Shown: piece by piece, positions 10,365-19,035 of the stretch
Layout of the letters: each line of letters opens with the position of its first letter
Position numbering within the stretch: position 1 is the first letter of the stretch
Assembly (NCBI GenBank): GCA_965221125.1
Contig: CBDCRW010000007.1
Span: forward strand, 64,001-128,000
Direction: 5' to 3'
Source of the DNA: Alphaproteobacteria bacterium
GTDB taxonomy: Bacteria > Pseudomonadota > Alphaproteobacteria > UBA828
DNA length: 64,000 nucleotides
Made by a program: the position numbers and the translations under genes
The notes under the pieces: model-generated
Told to the model about the DNA's origin: nothing
The model's input: only the letters and a program-made list of their open reading frames with translations
Database searches by the model: none

Positions 10365-11164
10365 GGCCGCAGTTCCTCGAGCGCGTGCTGCAGGTGGTCG
10401 GCACTGACGGTCCTCGCCTCGTCGAGAGCGGCGGCGGAGAGCGCGTAGTGGGCGATGCGGTTGATCTGGCGCGGCAGGCCGCGCGCGCCCTGGAACAGGG
10501 CCTCGACGGCGGGCTCTTCGAACAGCGGCAGTTCGCATCCCGCGAGCCTGAGGCGGTGCTTGATGTAAGCGTCGACCTCGTCGCGGTCGAGACCGCTCAG
10601 GTGGTGGCGGACGACGAGGCGCTGGCTGAGGGATTCGTGCATGGCCATGGCCAGGCGGCGCCTGAGCTCGGTCAGACCGACGAGGACGAGGCACAGGCGC
10701 TGCTCTGCATCCATGGCGAAGTTGGTGAGCAGGCGCAGGTCCTCAAGGACGTCGTTGCGCAGATGATGGGCCTCGTCGATGACGAGGACCGGCAGCTGCT
10801 TGGCCTCGGTGACGAGGCGGGAGATCTCGTTTCGGATGGCCTGATAGGCCGAGGCGCGGGAGCGCTCGATGGGCAGGCCGATCTCCCACGCGATCGCCTT
10901 GTACATGTCGAGCACGTTGCCCGTGGTCAGCGAGACGTAGTGGACCCGGTAGAGGCCTGGATGAAGCTGCGCGGTCAGATGCCGGCACACGGTGGTCTTG
11001 CCGGAGCCCACCTCGCCGGTGAGCAGGCCGATGCCGCGCAGGTCGATGAGGTGGCCGAGCCTGGCCTCGGCCTCGCGGCGCGCGTTGGACTCGAACAGCT
11101 CGTCGGTCTCTGCCGGGGTCTCGAAGGGCAGGCGGGTGAAGGCGAAGTGGCGCAGGTACATCAC
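10361..11164 (-). CDS. ExeA-like AAA+ ATPase (transposition helper, TnsC/IstB/MuB role inferred)
   Basis: GEVGSGKT, LVIDEAH, SLSQRL, GLPRQIN. Confidence 0.85.
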   Translation of the reverse strand: MMYLRHFAFTRLPFETPAETDELFESNARREAEARLGHLIDLRGIGLLTGEVGSGKTTVCRHLTAQLHPGLYRVHYVSLTTGNVLDMYKAIAWEIGLPIERSRASAYQAIRNEISRLVTEAKQLPVLVIDEAHHLRNDVLEDLRLLTNFAMDAEQRLCLVLVGLTELRRRLAMAMHESLSQRLVVRHHLSGLDRDEVDAYIKHRLRLAGCELPLFEEPAVEALFQGARGLPRQINRIAHYALSAAALDEARTVSADHLQHALEELRP

Positions 11165-12489
11165 TCGTCCTCCTTCTTGTCCTTGAGGTTGCGCATGGCC
11201 AGCGGCGAGGGCGGAGGCTCGGGCGCCGGATCTTCGGCCTCGATCTCCCTGGCCGGGTAGGTGCGCCTGACGGCGGTATTGGCGTAGGCGTCGAGAGGGC
11301 TGGCCTTGCCGGCCGGCTTGCCGTCATGGACCACGTCGAGAGGGCGCGAGGGCGGCGCGGCCGGGTCGTAGCGCAGGATGACGTTCTGACCCACCAGGAG
11401 GGCGTCGACCTCGTAGACGCGGCCGTTCAGACTAACGGTGCGGTCCTTGTAGACACGGCGCCTGGCCTCGAAGAGGAACAGATCGTCGAGGTCCATGGTG
11501 GCGTCGGGATAGCGCACGCCGGCCGAGGCCAGCGCCCACTGCTCAAGCGGGGTGCGCCCCTCGTCGAGGCCACGATGCGGGCTGTTGTGATACTCCCCCT
11601 CGATCCAGGCCCAGAGGCTGCGGTTGAGCGCCTCCAGGCTGTCGACGTCATCGCCGAGGTGGCGGAGCCAGCCGGCCCGGAGGGTGCGGAAGAAGCGCTC
11701 GATCTTACCCTTTCCCGCTGGCTGGAACGCCCTTGCGTGAATCAACGCAACGCCGAGCCTGGCGCAGACCAGGGAGAGATGACGGGAGCGGTAGGCGCTT
11801 CCGTTGTCGACGTACAAGCGGGCCGGGAGGCCGCGCCGGATCAGCGCGTCCTTGAACACCGGCAGGAACGCCGCAGTGTTCTCCGCCATGGCGAAGGCGG
11901 CGAACGGGATGACGCGGGTGGCGTCGTCGATGAAGGCGATCAGGTAGGTCTTGCGCCGGGTTCGGCCGTGCCGGACCTTGGGTCCGTGCATGACGTCGCT
12001 CATCCACATCTCGCCGGCATGCCGGAAGGCGAAGCGGCGGCGATCCGCCCCGTCGGGCGGCTTCTTGTCGAACAGGCCCTCGCGGCTGAAGAGGCGGTGC
12101 ACGGTGGACGAGGCGAGCGGGTGGTCGATACCCTCCTCCTTGACCTTCTGGATGATGGCGCGAACCGACAATGCGTCGTTCTCGGTCTTCAGCGCGATGA
12201 GGCGCTCGGCGACCTCGGGCGGCAGCCGCCGGGGCTTCCCCCGGTCGGTGCGGGGCTTGGGGTAGAGCGCGTCGAAGCCGCCGTAGCGGTAGTCCTTGAT
12301 CCAGCGCCGCATGGTCTCGGCGGCGACCCGGGTCCTGGTGGTTCCGGGGATCGTGTAGGTCTTCTCGGCTTTGGCGCGCATCATCGCGCCGGCACCCGGT
12401 GCACCCACGGGCAGATGCACCAGATCGGCGATGACGTCGTATCGGAAGAGCGCGATCTGTTGGCGAAGGTCGTCGTCTGAGCTGTTCAT
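11161..12489 (-). CDS. DDE transposase (rve integrase core with Mu-like C-terminal domain)
   Basis: WMSD...FIDDATR...YVDNGSAY...GKIERFFRT; N-terminal HTH. Confidence 0.92.
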   Translation of the reverse strand: MNSSDDDLRQQIALFRYDVIADLVHLPVGAPGAGAMMRAKAEKTYTIPGTTRTRVAAETMRRWIKDYRYGGFDALYPKPRTDRGKPRRLPPEVAERLIALKTENDALSVRAIIQKVKEEGIDHPLASSTVHRLFSREGLFDKKPPDGADRRRFAFRHAGEMWMSDVMHGPKVRHGRTRRKTYLIAFIDDATRVIPFAAFAMAENTAAFLPVFKDALIRRGLPARLYVDNGSAYRSRHLSLVCARLGVALIHARAFQPAGKGKIERFFRTLRAGWLRHLGDDVDSLEALNRSLWAWIEGEYHNSPHRGLDEGRTPLEQWALASAGVRYPDATMDLDDLFLFEARRRVYKDRTVSLNGRVYEVDALLVGQNVILRYDPAAPPSRPLDVVHDGKPAGKASPLDAYANTAVRRTYPAREIEAEDPAPEPPPSPLAMRNLKDKKEDE

Positions 12490-12534
12490 GGTGCGATCCT
12501 CGTTCAGGGACTCCCTGGCCCCGGGATCGTCACG

Positions 12535-13170
12535 CTACGAACTCTCCGGCGGCGGGTCCGGCCCCGCCCGTTGTTGGAACTGCGGTTTGCGATTCCCCAC
12601 GTCGATGCCGTGGGGTTGGAAGCCCAGAGGCGCGGGTAGCGTCCGGAGCTGCCCGGCGACCAGGCCGCGCAGTTCCATCAACGCGCTGTCGCTCTTCAGA
12701 CGCTCGCGCACCGCGCTCATGGTGGGCGCGCAGCCCGCGAGCAGGTCGGGGATCAGGCCGATGACGCGCACAAGCGCGTCGTGCACAAGCTTCAGCCTGC
12801 GGCGGATCCAACGCACGGCGCCGGGAAGCTCGATGGCGTCCTCGTCCTCGGGGCAGCGCACCTCGTCCGCTGCCTCCTCCAGGCTGCCGGCCTCCTCCGC
12901 CACGACAACAACCGCTTCCAGCGCATCGAGCGTGCCCGGCAGCCGCGCCGCCAGACAGTCGGCCAGCAGGCCGATGGTCGTATGGCTCTCACGGCAATAC
13001 CAGCGAGGAACCCTTGCGCCGGGCGGGGTCTTCCGCTCGTAGGTGCCGTGGCTTGCCACAGAACATCCGCCGTGCGGGTGATTCGGGCAGCGCTCAAGCC
13101 TTGCGTCGCGCCACGCCTCGGTCTTAACGTATTCCTCGCTGGTGAGCCCCGTTTCGTAGCGAAGCTGCAC
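12535..13170 (-). CDS. Cys/His-rich transposon accessory protein (DUF6431-like)
   Basis: CPNHPHGGC...HGTYER...RWYC...TIGLLADCL; first gene of the transposon operon. Confidence 0.65.
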   Translation of the reverse strand: MQLRYETGLTSEEYVKTEAWRDARLERCPNHPHGGCSVASHGTYERKTPPGARVPRWYCRESHTTIGLLADCLAARLPGTLDALEAVVVVAEEAGSLEEAADEVRCPEDEDAIELPGAVRWIRRRLKLVHDALVRVIGLIPDLLAGCAPTMSAVRERLKSDSALMELRGLVAGQLRTLPAPLGFQPHGIDVGNRKPQFQQRAGPDPPPESS

Positions 13171-13260
13171 CGGCCCTGGCCCGGCGGGAGTTCCGTCCCC
13201 CGGGCCTCTCTTTGTCGTTCAGTGAGAGGCCAAGATTACGGACGCTCCCCGCCGCCGCCA

Positions 13261-13392
13261 AGCTGTGGAGCCGTGGACGCGTCCTGCGGACCGATCGGCG
13301 TCCTGCGGACCGTGTGGACAGCCCGTGGACAAGCTGGCGCTTGCCCACCGCCTGACCACACTCGCCGATCTCGCGCCCACCGCTCCACAGCT
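13261..13392. other. Long hairpin/structured segment inside the transposon end
   Basis: agctgtggagc (13261-13271) pairs with gctccacagct (13382-13392); internal gtggacaag/cttgcccac pair and a gcgtcctgcggaccg direct repeat. Confidence 0.6.
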
Positions 13393-14302
13393 TCAACAGC
13401 AATGAGGATTCTGCTGAGGATCAAAAAAATGCCGCAGGCAGCGTCCTTCCCGCACTCGGCCACCATCCCGGGAAATCCACCAACCAATCAAAGTGAGAAA
13501 AAAACCCGTGCTTCTATCCGGCTAGACCGGAAAACAACACGCGTGCTGGACGAGATGGAGGCGGAGGGGCGCATCTCTCCCCATGCGGCGGCGGCGCTGC
13601 GCCTGCTCATGCTCACCGGCTGCCGGCGCAACGAGATACTGACGCTCCGCTGGGAGGATGTGCGACTGGAGGCGCAGGAGCTGCATCTCAGCGACTCCAA
13701 GACCGGCCCGCGCACGGTCTCGCTCTCGCCCGGAGCGGCGGCGGTGCTGGCCGCGATGCCGCGCCTTCCCGGCAACCCCTGGGTGATCCCCGGCACGAAG
13801 CCGGGCGCCCGGCTCTCCAGCCTGTTCGGGCCCTGGCGGCGCGTGCGCGCCCGCGCCGGCCTCGACGACGTGCGCATCCACGACCTGCGCCACTCCTACG
13901 CCTCCCGCGCGCTGGCGCTGGGCGAGAGCCTGCCGGTGATCGCCAAGCTCCTCGGCCACGCCCGGATCCAGACCACCGCACGCTACACCCACCTCACGCG
14001 GGACGCCGTCAGGGATGCAGCCATTCGAGTCGCCGAGGGGATTGCGGAGGATATCCTTCGGGACAGAAGCCCCCAGCCTCCGCGGGCAGCCTTGCGCCGG
14101 AATGGCAGTGCGATCCCGCCTGGCGGGCGCATCGCGCCAGGCATCGATCGAGGTCTCGACGTTCGCGACCTGCGCTCCAACGATGTCAAAGCGTCGGTGA
14201 AGGCATCGGCTGCACGAGTCGCCGCCGAAATCGGGGATGACATTCTCCCGCCATGGACAGGTGGCGGCGGCTGCTTCGCGAGGTTGAGCGCGTCCGAGGG
14301 GC

Positions 14303-15325
14303 CTACCGCTCGGGCGGCTCGATCGTCTCGGGTGTCAGCGCATCGAAGATGCCCGTAAAGCGCCCATGCGAGCCGTCGTCTTCGGCAAACAGCACATCGG
14401 TCGAGCCGACCACGCGCCGGGGATTGCCATCCGCATCCGGCACGTTCGAGAACTGTCCTTGCCACGTCCCGGCGCTGCTCACGATGGTGCGGTCGGGATG
14501 GGCAACGCTAACGGTTGTATCCTCGAAGGCCCCGGTGGCGTCAAAGGATGCGGCAAAGTGGAGGTCGTAGTCGGCCGGCAACGCCGCGGGATCGGGGTCC
14601 CGCCAGGAGAGGATGGGATAGAGGTGCTGACCGGGCACGATCTCGATCGGCCCCAGGCACCCGAGGCACCCGATGAGGCGGTTCTGGTCGAAGTCGGCGA
14701 TTAGCGAGACTAGCCCGGTAAACTCCGTGATCTCGGTGGATCCGGCCAACTCGTCCCACGCCCGTCCGTAGCTGTACGTGTACAGGCCGCCCATCCCGCC
14801 GACATAGCTGGCCGTGCCCGTCAGCGGCAGGTCGGGCGGTTCGGCGGGGTTGAGCTCCGGACCGTCGAGAAAGACCCCGCGAGTGGCGGCCTCGAACTCC
14901 CGATGGGATACGTCCGGTGGATAGATCAGCCACCATCCCGCCGCAAGATAGTCGGCGGGGTCGGCATCGTTCCACGAGACGACGGCGTAGAGCAGAATCT
15001 TGCCGTCGTAGTGGTTTTCCGCGAGCAACCATTCGCGGCTGGAATGGCCGGGTTGGACGGGTCGGGGAAGGAAAAGCCCCCACGACCCTTCCCGGTGCCG
15101 GACGGAATCGAGAGTGCGGGTCCCACGGTCCGGGGTCGGCACGTCGATACTGAACACGCCATCGGCGAAGGTCGTCCCGGTCCGAAACGGTTGGGGCTCG
15201 GGCGTGAGCGTGGGTATCTCGACCGCTGGAAGCGGCTCGGCCTCATCTCCACCTCCGCCGATACACCCGCCGAGGGTCAGCACCGCTCCTGCAATGGCGA
15301 CGACGAGCACTCGCTGGAATTTCAT
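14303..15325 (-). CDS. Surface lipoprotein 3, TbpB-like (putative Slam cargo)
   Basis: Lipobox LGGC followed by a Gly linker; LPLTGTASYVG and GTWQGQF motifs; directly downstream of slam. Confidence 0.75.
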   Translation of the reverse strand: MKFQRVLVVAIAGAVLTLGGCIGGGGDEAEPLPAVEIPTLTPEPQPFRTGTTFADGVFSIDVPTPDRGTRTLDSVRHREGSWGLFLPRPVQPGHSSREWLLAENHYDGKILLYAVVSWNDADPADYLAAGWWLIYPPDVSHREFEAATRGVFLDGPELNPAEPPDLPLTGTASYVGGMGGLYTYSYGRAWDELAGSTEITEFTGLVSLIADFDQNRLIGCLGCLGPIEIVPGQHLYPILSWRDPDPAALPADYDLHFAASFDATGAFEDTTVSVAHPDRTIVSSAGTWQGQFSNVPDADGNPRRVVGSTDVLFAEDDGSHGRFTGIFDALTPETIEPPER

Positions 15326-15402
15326 CGGGTTCGCTCCCTGAAGACAATTCGACACTGGGGATCGCCATTATGCGGCTGTCCCGAAAGGGCGGGGGACGCG
15401 GG

Positions 15403-16848
15403 TCAGAACTGCTGCACGAAGCGAAGCTCGCCGCGGGTGCGCTGGAAGTCGTGGGCCTGGGCGTTGGTCTCGCGCTCCTCGTTCACCACCACCAGCTCCG
15501 GGCTGAAGCCGAAGACGGTAAAGCCCCGGTTGTGGACGGAGGCGCGGAGGCTCCTGGTGCGGTCCTGCCGCGCGCCGTTATCGGGCACGAACGGGAACCA
15601 GCCGGGCTCGTAGTCCGCCCAGCGCACCTCGGCGCCGGCGCCCACGGTGAAGCCCAGAGGCAGGATCACCGAGACGTCGGTGCCGAGCCAGCGGGTGCGA
15701 TGGCGCCTGGAGTCCCACTTCGGGCGCTGGCGGCCGTAGCCGCCGGAGAAGTCCAACCGCACGGTCGGATCCACCACCCAGGAGGCACGCAGCGCCACGT
15801 CCATGACCGGCCCGTCGAGGGCCGTCCGCGTGCGGTAGCGCCGCCCGTGCCAGGAGGCCTGGCCCGAGACCGTGACGAGCCGGTTGACGCGGTGGCCGAC
15901 CTCCAGGCGGACGCCGAGCTCGCGGTCGTCCGGCGCGGTGCCGACCCAACGCTGGCGGGCGCTGCCGAGGACGCTCAGATCGGTGTCCCTGTCGACGAGC
16001 CAGCGGGGCCCGAGATGGGTGCCGACGAAGAGCTGGTCGAAGACCGAGCGCTCGTACTCGCGGCGCGCGAACTCGGCGCCCGCGCGGATGCGGAGGTCGT
16101 CGAACACCGGGTAGTGGTACTCCGCGCCGCCCCAGAGCGAGACGCCGATGCCTGACGAGGTCAGCTCCTGCACGTTGCGCCGAAAGGGCAGGTCGAAGAT
16201 GTAGATGATGCGCTCCTCCGACGAGCCGCCGATGTTGCTGTCCGGCGCAAGGGCAGCGCCGGCGTTGAAGCGCCAGCGCCGGCGGGACTCGATGCTCGCG
16301 AGGAAGGTGCGGACGTTGGCGACGACCGCGTCCGGCGGGTCGGTCGCCAGCACGATCTCGAAGTGGCGCCGCGCGAGGTCGTCCTCGCCCATCAGGTAGA
16401 AGGCGCGGGCGAGCTCGAGGCGCACGCGGAGCAGCCGCGGGTCCTCGATCAGCATGGCGCGGAAGGCGGCGACCGCCTGGCTCAGCAGCGCCTCGCGGGT
16501 CTCAGGCGCCAGGTCGGGCTGCTGCTGCGCCGTCCCCACCGCAGCCAGGCCGTAGAGGAAGGCGACGTTGGCGTCGACCGCATCGCCCTGGAGCATCGGG
16601 GCCAGGATCACCAGCGCCTCGCCGAAGCGGCCCGCGTCGATCAGCGCGCGTGCGTCGCCCACGGTGCCCGCGGGGGGCGCATCGGGCGCTGCGGCTTCGT
16701 CGGCCGCTGCGGGCGCGGGCTGCGGCTCGCTCTCGTGCTGGTCGGCAAGCGCGGGCAGGGCAAGCGTGAGGCAGGCCGCGAGCAGGGCGGCGCGGCAGAT
16801 CGTCGTTGGGAGCATCGTGGGCCTGTACCAGTTGCGGGCGGTCGCCAT
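15403..16848 (-). CDS. Slam (surface lipoprotein assembly modulator; TPR plus DUF560 beta-barrel), type XI secretion
   Basis: Signal peptide, TPR RVRLELARAFY...ARRHFE, RWRFNAGAALAPDSNI, C-terminal Phe (FVQQF); start uncertain (16848 or 16815). Confidence 0.85.
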   Translation of the reverse strand: MATARNWYRPTMLPTTICRAALLAACLTLALPALADQHESEPQPAPAAADEAAAPDAPPAGTVGDARALIDAGRFGEALVILAPMLQGDAVDANVAFLYGLAAVGTAQQQPDLAPETREALLSQAVAAFRAMLIEDPRLLRVRLELARAFYLMGEDDLARRHFEIVLATDPPDAVVANVRTFLASIESRRRWRFNAGAALAPDSNIGGSSEERIIYIFDLPFRRNVQELTSSGIGVSLWGGAEYHYPVFDDLRIRAGAEFARREYERSVFDQLFVGTHLGPRWLVDRDTDLSVLGSARQRWVGTAPDDRELGVRLEVGHRVNRLVTVSGQASWHGRRYRTRTALDGPVMDVALRASWVVDPTVRLDFSGGYGRQRPKWDSRRHRTRWLGTDVSVILPLGFTVGAGAEVRWADYEPGWFPFVPDNGARQDRTRSLRASVHNRGFTVFGFSPELVVVNEERETNAQAHDFQRTRGELRFVQQF

Positions 16849-17379
16849 CGTGAGAGCCGCCCAATGTAATTGAGTTGCCCCGATAAGGCCATGCCCGGGC
16901 GGGGATGCGGGCAGGCTGCCGCCGTTGCGGTGCGCCGGCGGCGACACCCCGCTTCCCCCGAAGGGGCAGAGAGCGCATGGGCGCGCGGGCGCTGCGCAGC
17001 TCCCAAAGCGGGGGAATGCGAGAACGGCCTAACGATTTCGCAACGCGGCATTGGGGCGCAGGTGGGAGCGTTCTTCGTTCTCGGGGCAACCGAGGGATGA
17101 AAATTCCGCACATTCGGAACGTCCAGGCGCGAAATTGCGCGATGAAATTGCAGATGCAATGCGAATAGCCAGCACAACTGTCACTTCCTGACTCTCCGGC
17201 CTCGACGGGCGGCGCGACATCGCCCCCCTCAATATTGGGGTTTCATGGGCCGGGCGGCGGCCTAGATTCAAGGGCATGCACCGGAGACGCACCTGGTGCG
17301 AGGAAACAGGCCGTTCGCGCACGCCGCAGCCTGTCCGCACCGACCGCTGCTCGGCGAGCGAAGGCGCGCGGGCGTCCCG

Positions 17380-18531
17380 ATGAGTCGGCAGGACGCATTC
17401 GATCGGATCGTGGCGGCGCTGCACGACGCCGCGTTCGACGATGCCCGGTGGCTCGCGGCATCCGCCCTGATCGACGACGCCTGCCGAATGAAGGGCAACG
17501 GGCTGGTGCACGGTGAGGGCCACACCCACGACGACATCGAAGTCTTCCTTGCGCGGCTCTGCCACCGCGGGGAACGGCGCGACGACCTGGAACGCGAATA
17601 CTTCGACATGTACCACCATGTGGATGAACGGCTGCCGCGCCTCAGGCAGCTCCCCGACCGCCGGCTCGTCCACGTGCGCTCCCTCTACACGGAGCAGGAG
17701 CTGAAGACATCGCCCACGTACAACGAGTGCCTGCTCCACGCCGAAGCGCAGAACGGCCTCAACCTGCGCATGGACGGACCGCACGGCTCGCGCATCGTCT
17801 GGCTGACCGCGGACCCTGTCGGCGCGGACGAATGGTCGTCCGATCAGACCGAGATGCTCGACCGTCTGATGCCGCATGTTCGCCAGTACGCGAGCGTGCG
17901 GCAGGTGTTGTCGGATGCAGGCGCGCTCGGCTCGTCGCTGGCCTCGCTGCTCGACAACACCGGGGCGGGGATCATCCACCTCGACCGGCGCGGCCGGATC
18001 GTCGCGGCGAACGACCGGGCCGGCGCGCTGCTGCGGCGGGGCTGCGGGCTGTCGGACACGGGCGGCTACCTGCAGGCCCGCCTGCCGCCGGACAATGCGC
18101 GCCTTCAGACGCTGCTGGCGCGCGCGCTGCCGCCGTTCGGCGCCCAGGGCGCCAGCGGGTCGATGACGCTGAGGCAGACGCCCGGCCAGCAGCGGCTCGT
18201 GCTGCACGTGAGCCCGGTGGCCGACCGGGACCTGGATTTCCGCACCCGCCGCGTCGCCGCGCTCGCGCTGGTCGTCGAGCCGGGGCGCCGGATGCGCATC
18301 GACCGGGGCCTGGTGGCGGCGATCCTGGGCCTCACGCCGTCGGAGACCGAGGTGGCGGTGCTGCTGGCCGAGGGCCACACCGTCAGCGATATCGCGCGGG
18401 CGACGGAGCGCAGGGAGAGCACGGTCCGCTGGCACATCAAGCACATCTTCAACAAGCACGGCTTCAATCGGCAATTGGAGCTGGTGCAACTGGTGCTGTC
18501 CCTGGCCACCATTCCGGAGTCGGGGCGCTGA
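17380..18531 (+). CDS. LuxR-family transcriptional regulator (sensor plus PAS-like plus HTH)
   Basis: GLTPSETEVAVLLAEGHTVSDIA...TVRWHIKHIFNK; divergent from slam. Confidence 0.88.
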   Translation: MSRQDAFDRIVAALHDAAFDDARWLAASALIDDACRMKGNGLVHGEGHTHDDIEVFLARLCHRGERRDDLEREYFDMYHHVDERLPRLRQLPDRRLVHVRSLYTEQELKTSPTYNECLLHAEAQNGLNLRMDGPHGSRIVWLTADPVGADEWSSDQTEMLDRLMPHVRQYASVRQVLSDAGALGSSLASLLDNTGAGIIHLDRRGRIVAANDRAGALLRRGCGLSDTGGYLQARLPPDNARLQTLLARALPPFGAQGASGSMTLRQTPGQQRLVLHVSPVADRDLDFRTRRVAALALVVEPGRRMRIDRGLVAAILGLTPSETEVAVLLAEGHTVSDIARATERRESTVRWHIKHIFNKHGFNRQLELVQLVLSLATIPESGR

Positions 18532-19035
18532 AGCCGTCGAGGAAATGCCGGCAGGTGCCGGGCACTTCAGCCGTCAATTTTCGCTCGGCAGCGGCGGCGG
18601 CATCCGCAGTTATTGATGGCCGCCGGCGGCAGAGTTTTCGGCCTTGTTCCGGACGCGGAATCGCGTTCGCGACCGCACAGTTTCCGCGCCGCATCGCCGC
18701 GGCCAGGCGCGCCACGTGCTCACGACCGGGCCGCTTGTCTCCCGCGCACGTGCGGACCCCGCCTATGGGGGCTTTACGCGCTCGGCACCACGACCTATGG
18801 TGGGAGACACAGGGCGAACACGCCAGGAAATCGATGGCAGCGGCCGGCCGTCGCCCTGATTGTTGCGCCTGTATCGAGAGCCAGGAGCCTGCCCGGTGGG
18901 CCGACGATCCGCAGCGCGTCTACGCCTTCGGCACGCCGCCGTGAGCCGCGCAGTTTGCGACCGCCGGGCGGCGCGGCCGCGCAATCGCCCGGATACGGAC
19001 GGCCCGCGCGGCGTCATCGGGCAAGGCCCCGGCGC

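Larger units (their letters stand above)
8919..13539 (-). mobile_element. 4621-bp DDE transposon (Mu/Tn7/IS481-like ends) with four co-oriented genes
   Basis: Ends TGTTGTTT...AAACAACA; 5-bp target duplication CGCGT at 8914-8918 and 13540-13544; internal repeats ttatttgacg x2 and tcccagatt x2 in the left end. Confidence 0.9.
8254..14358 (+). pseudogene. Tyrosine recombinase int3, split by a transposon (N-terminal part 8254-8918, C-terminal part 13545-14358)
   Basis: Removing 8919-13544 restores the frame FLTDAEFQRLGRV-LDEMEAEG...TGCRRNE...HDLRH...LLGH...TARY; ATGA overlap with int2. Confidence 0.9.

Noticed and set aside
8919-13539. Transposon as a CRISPR-associated or canonical Tn7 element
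   Set aside because: No TnsA, TniQ/TnsD, cas genes or array within the ends.
12781-14358. 525-aa ORF as an intact integrase with a novel N-terminus
   Set aside because: The first ~250 codons are read-through of the transposon end; the real part is the C-terminal half of the interrupted int3.
17030-17180. Possible iron-regulator box upstream of slam (gaaattgc x2, tgcaatgcgaat)
   Set aside because: No convincing match to Fur, Irr or RirA consensus by eye.
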